Source of the DNA: Macrostomum lignano
Taxonomy: Eukaryota
Assembly: GCA_002269645.1 (NCBI GenBank)
Contig: NIVC01000007.1
Location: 106,129-170,128, forward strand
Reading direction: 5' to 3'
DNA: 64,000 nucleotides
Shown here piece by piece: positions 62,099 to 64,000 of this stretch. Numbering within the stretch: position 1 is the stretch's first letter; the number at the start of each line of letters is the position of its first letter. The position numbers were made by a program, and so were the translations under genes. The notes beneath the pieces were generated by a model, which was not told the DNA's origin, did not search any database, and saw only the letters and a program-made list of their open reading frames with translations.

Positions 62099-63642
62099 CT
62101 AATCACCGGCCTTTCGCTTGCGGAAGGTTGACTCTGGACCAAGTCGATTCAGAGAGTCTTTGACGGCTGTCCACGCAGAAACCGTTTGATCCCTCGGGAT
62201 ATTGAAGGCCTTGTTCAGAATGCCTAGTTTTTTTTAAGAAAGATTTTATAGTAGCAGCAAATTCACACAAACATTTTCCAACAATGGAATGGCTACAGTG
62301 AGCCAGTTTGAATTTTTAGCTTTAAAAGACTATATAGAATGACCTGCATCCATCTAATGCCCACAATACTAAGTCAGTTGCCAAAAAACATTCAGTTGCA
62401 AAGAAATTGTATCGCTTACTCTTAAGATGGTCTTGCACTTCTCCTGGAGCCTTTGGCCTTTGTGTCGTGCCTTTGTACTCTCCGAAAACATGCGATTGCA
62501 CATACTCGACGCCATACCTCGCAGAAGCATATGCCCTGATGAACTTCGACGTCGTTGTACGAGGCAGATCTGAGAAATTGCAAACTCGCCCATCGTGGCC
62601 TTCAAATTCCTACGAAAAAGTACAAAGAAAATTGGTACTCAGGACCGATTGTTTGGATTATGTCATGATAAATGTCAGTGAAATGTGAAAACGTCAAGCC
62701 ACATGAAGAAGAGCGAAAAATAAGAAAAACAGTAAAGTAAAATGGCAAAGTAAAGCATATAATAATTTTATAGTAAATGGTTAGTAAAGAAAGTAAATTA
62801 ATTTGCACAGAAACTGAGAAACCTACCTCCTTAAGGAAATCAGCTGATACCATTTGATGCAAGCTGGATGATGAAGTGCGAATCTTCCTCAGTTTGTGAG
62901 CGATGAACCGCTTCAAACTGTCTGAAACATTTGGTGTTTCACATTTGTACTATACTGATAGTGATTACATAAGCAGCACGAAATGCAGGATTTGTGAGTA
63001 AAAAAGTTGTATTACACTGAGATAATGAGAATAAAGCATAAAAACAAAAGCACAAGAAAGAAATAATTAAACCTTACCCATTCCTTCCTGAAATTCAGCC
63101 AGTGTGAGAGGCTTGGAATTTGTGGGATCGTTTGCACTTGCTGCCTTTGCTGATTCATGAGCCTGAAGAACTTGAGGAAGTAGTTCCGGTGGTAAGGCAC
63201 GCTGTTCCTCACTTGCAATTAAAGCCAATGATGCCTCAGAATTTTGGTGTCTGTCTTCAACATGAGTACCAGCTGTCCTTGGCCGCTTGTTTGCTAGACT
63301 GCCTTGAGATTGCTTCCTAGCACGAGAATGAGCAGCTGTAGGTGTCGAAACTGGACTTGGGCTTACAAAAGAAACCTGAGTAGGAGGCGGAGTAGGCTGC
63401 CAGGTCTCATCATCATCCGAATCGTCAATATCACCTGCATCTTCATCACTTGAGTCTTCTTGTTGTCTCATGAAGACTTTCATATGAGACTGGACATGAT
63501 CAGAGAGCTCGGAGTTCTCCTTGTTTTCAGTTATGAATGCATCAAGCTCCTTCTCAAGGTAGATCATTTTTGACCATGGTTCAGCTGCAATGAACATGCC
63601 ATTGAAAATGCCATCCTTGAGAGCAAGTGGGTAGTCCTCACC
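62099..63642 (-). CDS. Spliced companion gene (4 or more exons, 5' end outside the window or unresolved): acidic/low-complexity middle and a putative BEN-like C-terminal domain
   Basis: Exons 63642-63078, 62921-62827, 62609-62420, 62223-62099, all GT-AG with matching phases (1, 0, 1), ending in TAG. Joined C-terminus: ...DLPRTTTSKFIRAYASARYGVEYVQSHVFGEYKGTTQRPKAPGEVQDHLKSILNKAFNIPRDQTVSAWTAVKDSLNRLGPESTFRKRKAGD. Confidence 0.75.
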
Positions 63643-64000
63643 CTAAAATAAAAATGTGATTCATTATTAGATTTTGAGCTAATATTAGACCAAATTAATT
63701 TTTTAATTAAGAATTATAAACAAACTAAATAGAAAATTCTTTTTAGAATAGTTAACAAAATAGATATAGCCTATTAGAAAGTTAGACAAACTAAACAAAA
63801 GAGTCCTTTAGAAAGATAGACAAGCTAAAGAGAATAAATCCATTGGAAAAATAGACAAACTTAACTAAAATAAAACTTTAGATAGCTTAATAGAGTTGGC
63901 AAATATAGCCTATTAAAATACTAGGAAAACTAAAAGTATAAGAAATATTAAAATAGAAAACTAAAGCACTGGACAATAGTTCAAATAGTAAACTTGCTAT

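Larger units (their letters stand above)
58200..64000 (-). mobile_element. EnSpm/CACTA (CMC)-type DNA transposon, two-gene, probably extending past the window end, inside the last EAAT intron
   Basis: Transposase ORF plus a companion spliced gene on the same strand; palindromic GGCATTATAATTGCC repeats at about 58270-58400 are candidate subterminal repeats. Termini not established. Confidence 0.6.

Overview
Eukaryotic (metazoan) genomic DNA: GC-rich exons, GT-AG introns, and tandem repeats in almost every intron. The style resembles the flatworm Macrostomum lignano, but that is an inference from composition only. Genes reconstructed by hand with phase-consistent splice sites: an intronless neurogenin-type bHLH (+, 1204-1743); a 13-exon SLC4 Na+-coupled bicarbonate transporter (-, 29443-4313, about 1228 aa); a 5-exon prolyl 4-hydroxylase alpha subunit (-, 44807-31662, 546 aa); ATP12/ATPAF2 (+, 3 exons); MPDU1 (+); and the last exon of an SLC1/EAAT transporter (-). 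Mobile DNA: an intact 798-aa EnSpm/CACTA-type transposase with a companion spliced gene of 4 or more exons that looks BEN-domain-like, a deleted mariner, a hAT deletion derivative and a hAT MITE (both with perfect 8-bp TSDs), a tRNA-derived SINE, a decayed RTE-like LINE, a foldback element, and three Helitron-like 3' ends associated with satellites and TTAGGG arrays. Best leads: (i) the ATP12-MPDU1 pair may be an operon whose start codons come from a trans-spliced leader; (ii) the two-gene EnSpm element; (iii) Helitron-like carriers of intronic satellites; (iv) reverse-complementary intronic repeats and an antisense exon copy inside the SLC4 gene. No CRISPR, rRNA or genuine tRNA genes were found. 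All coordinates were counted by eye and may be off by a few bases.
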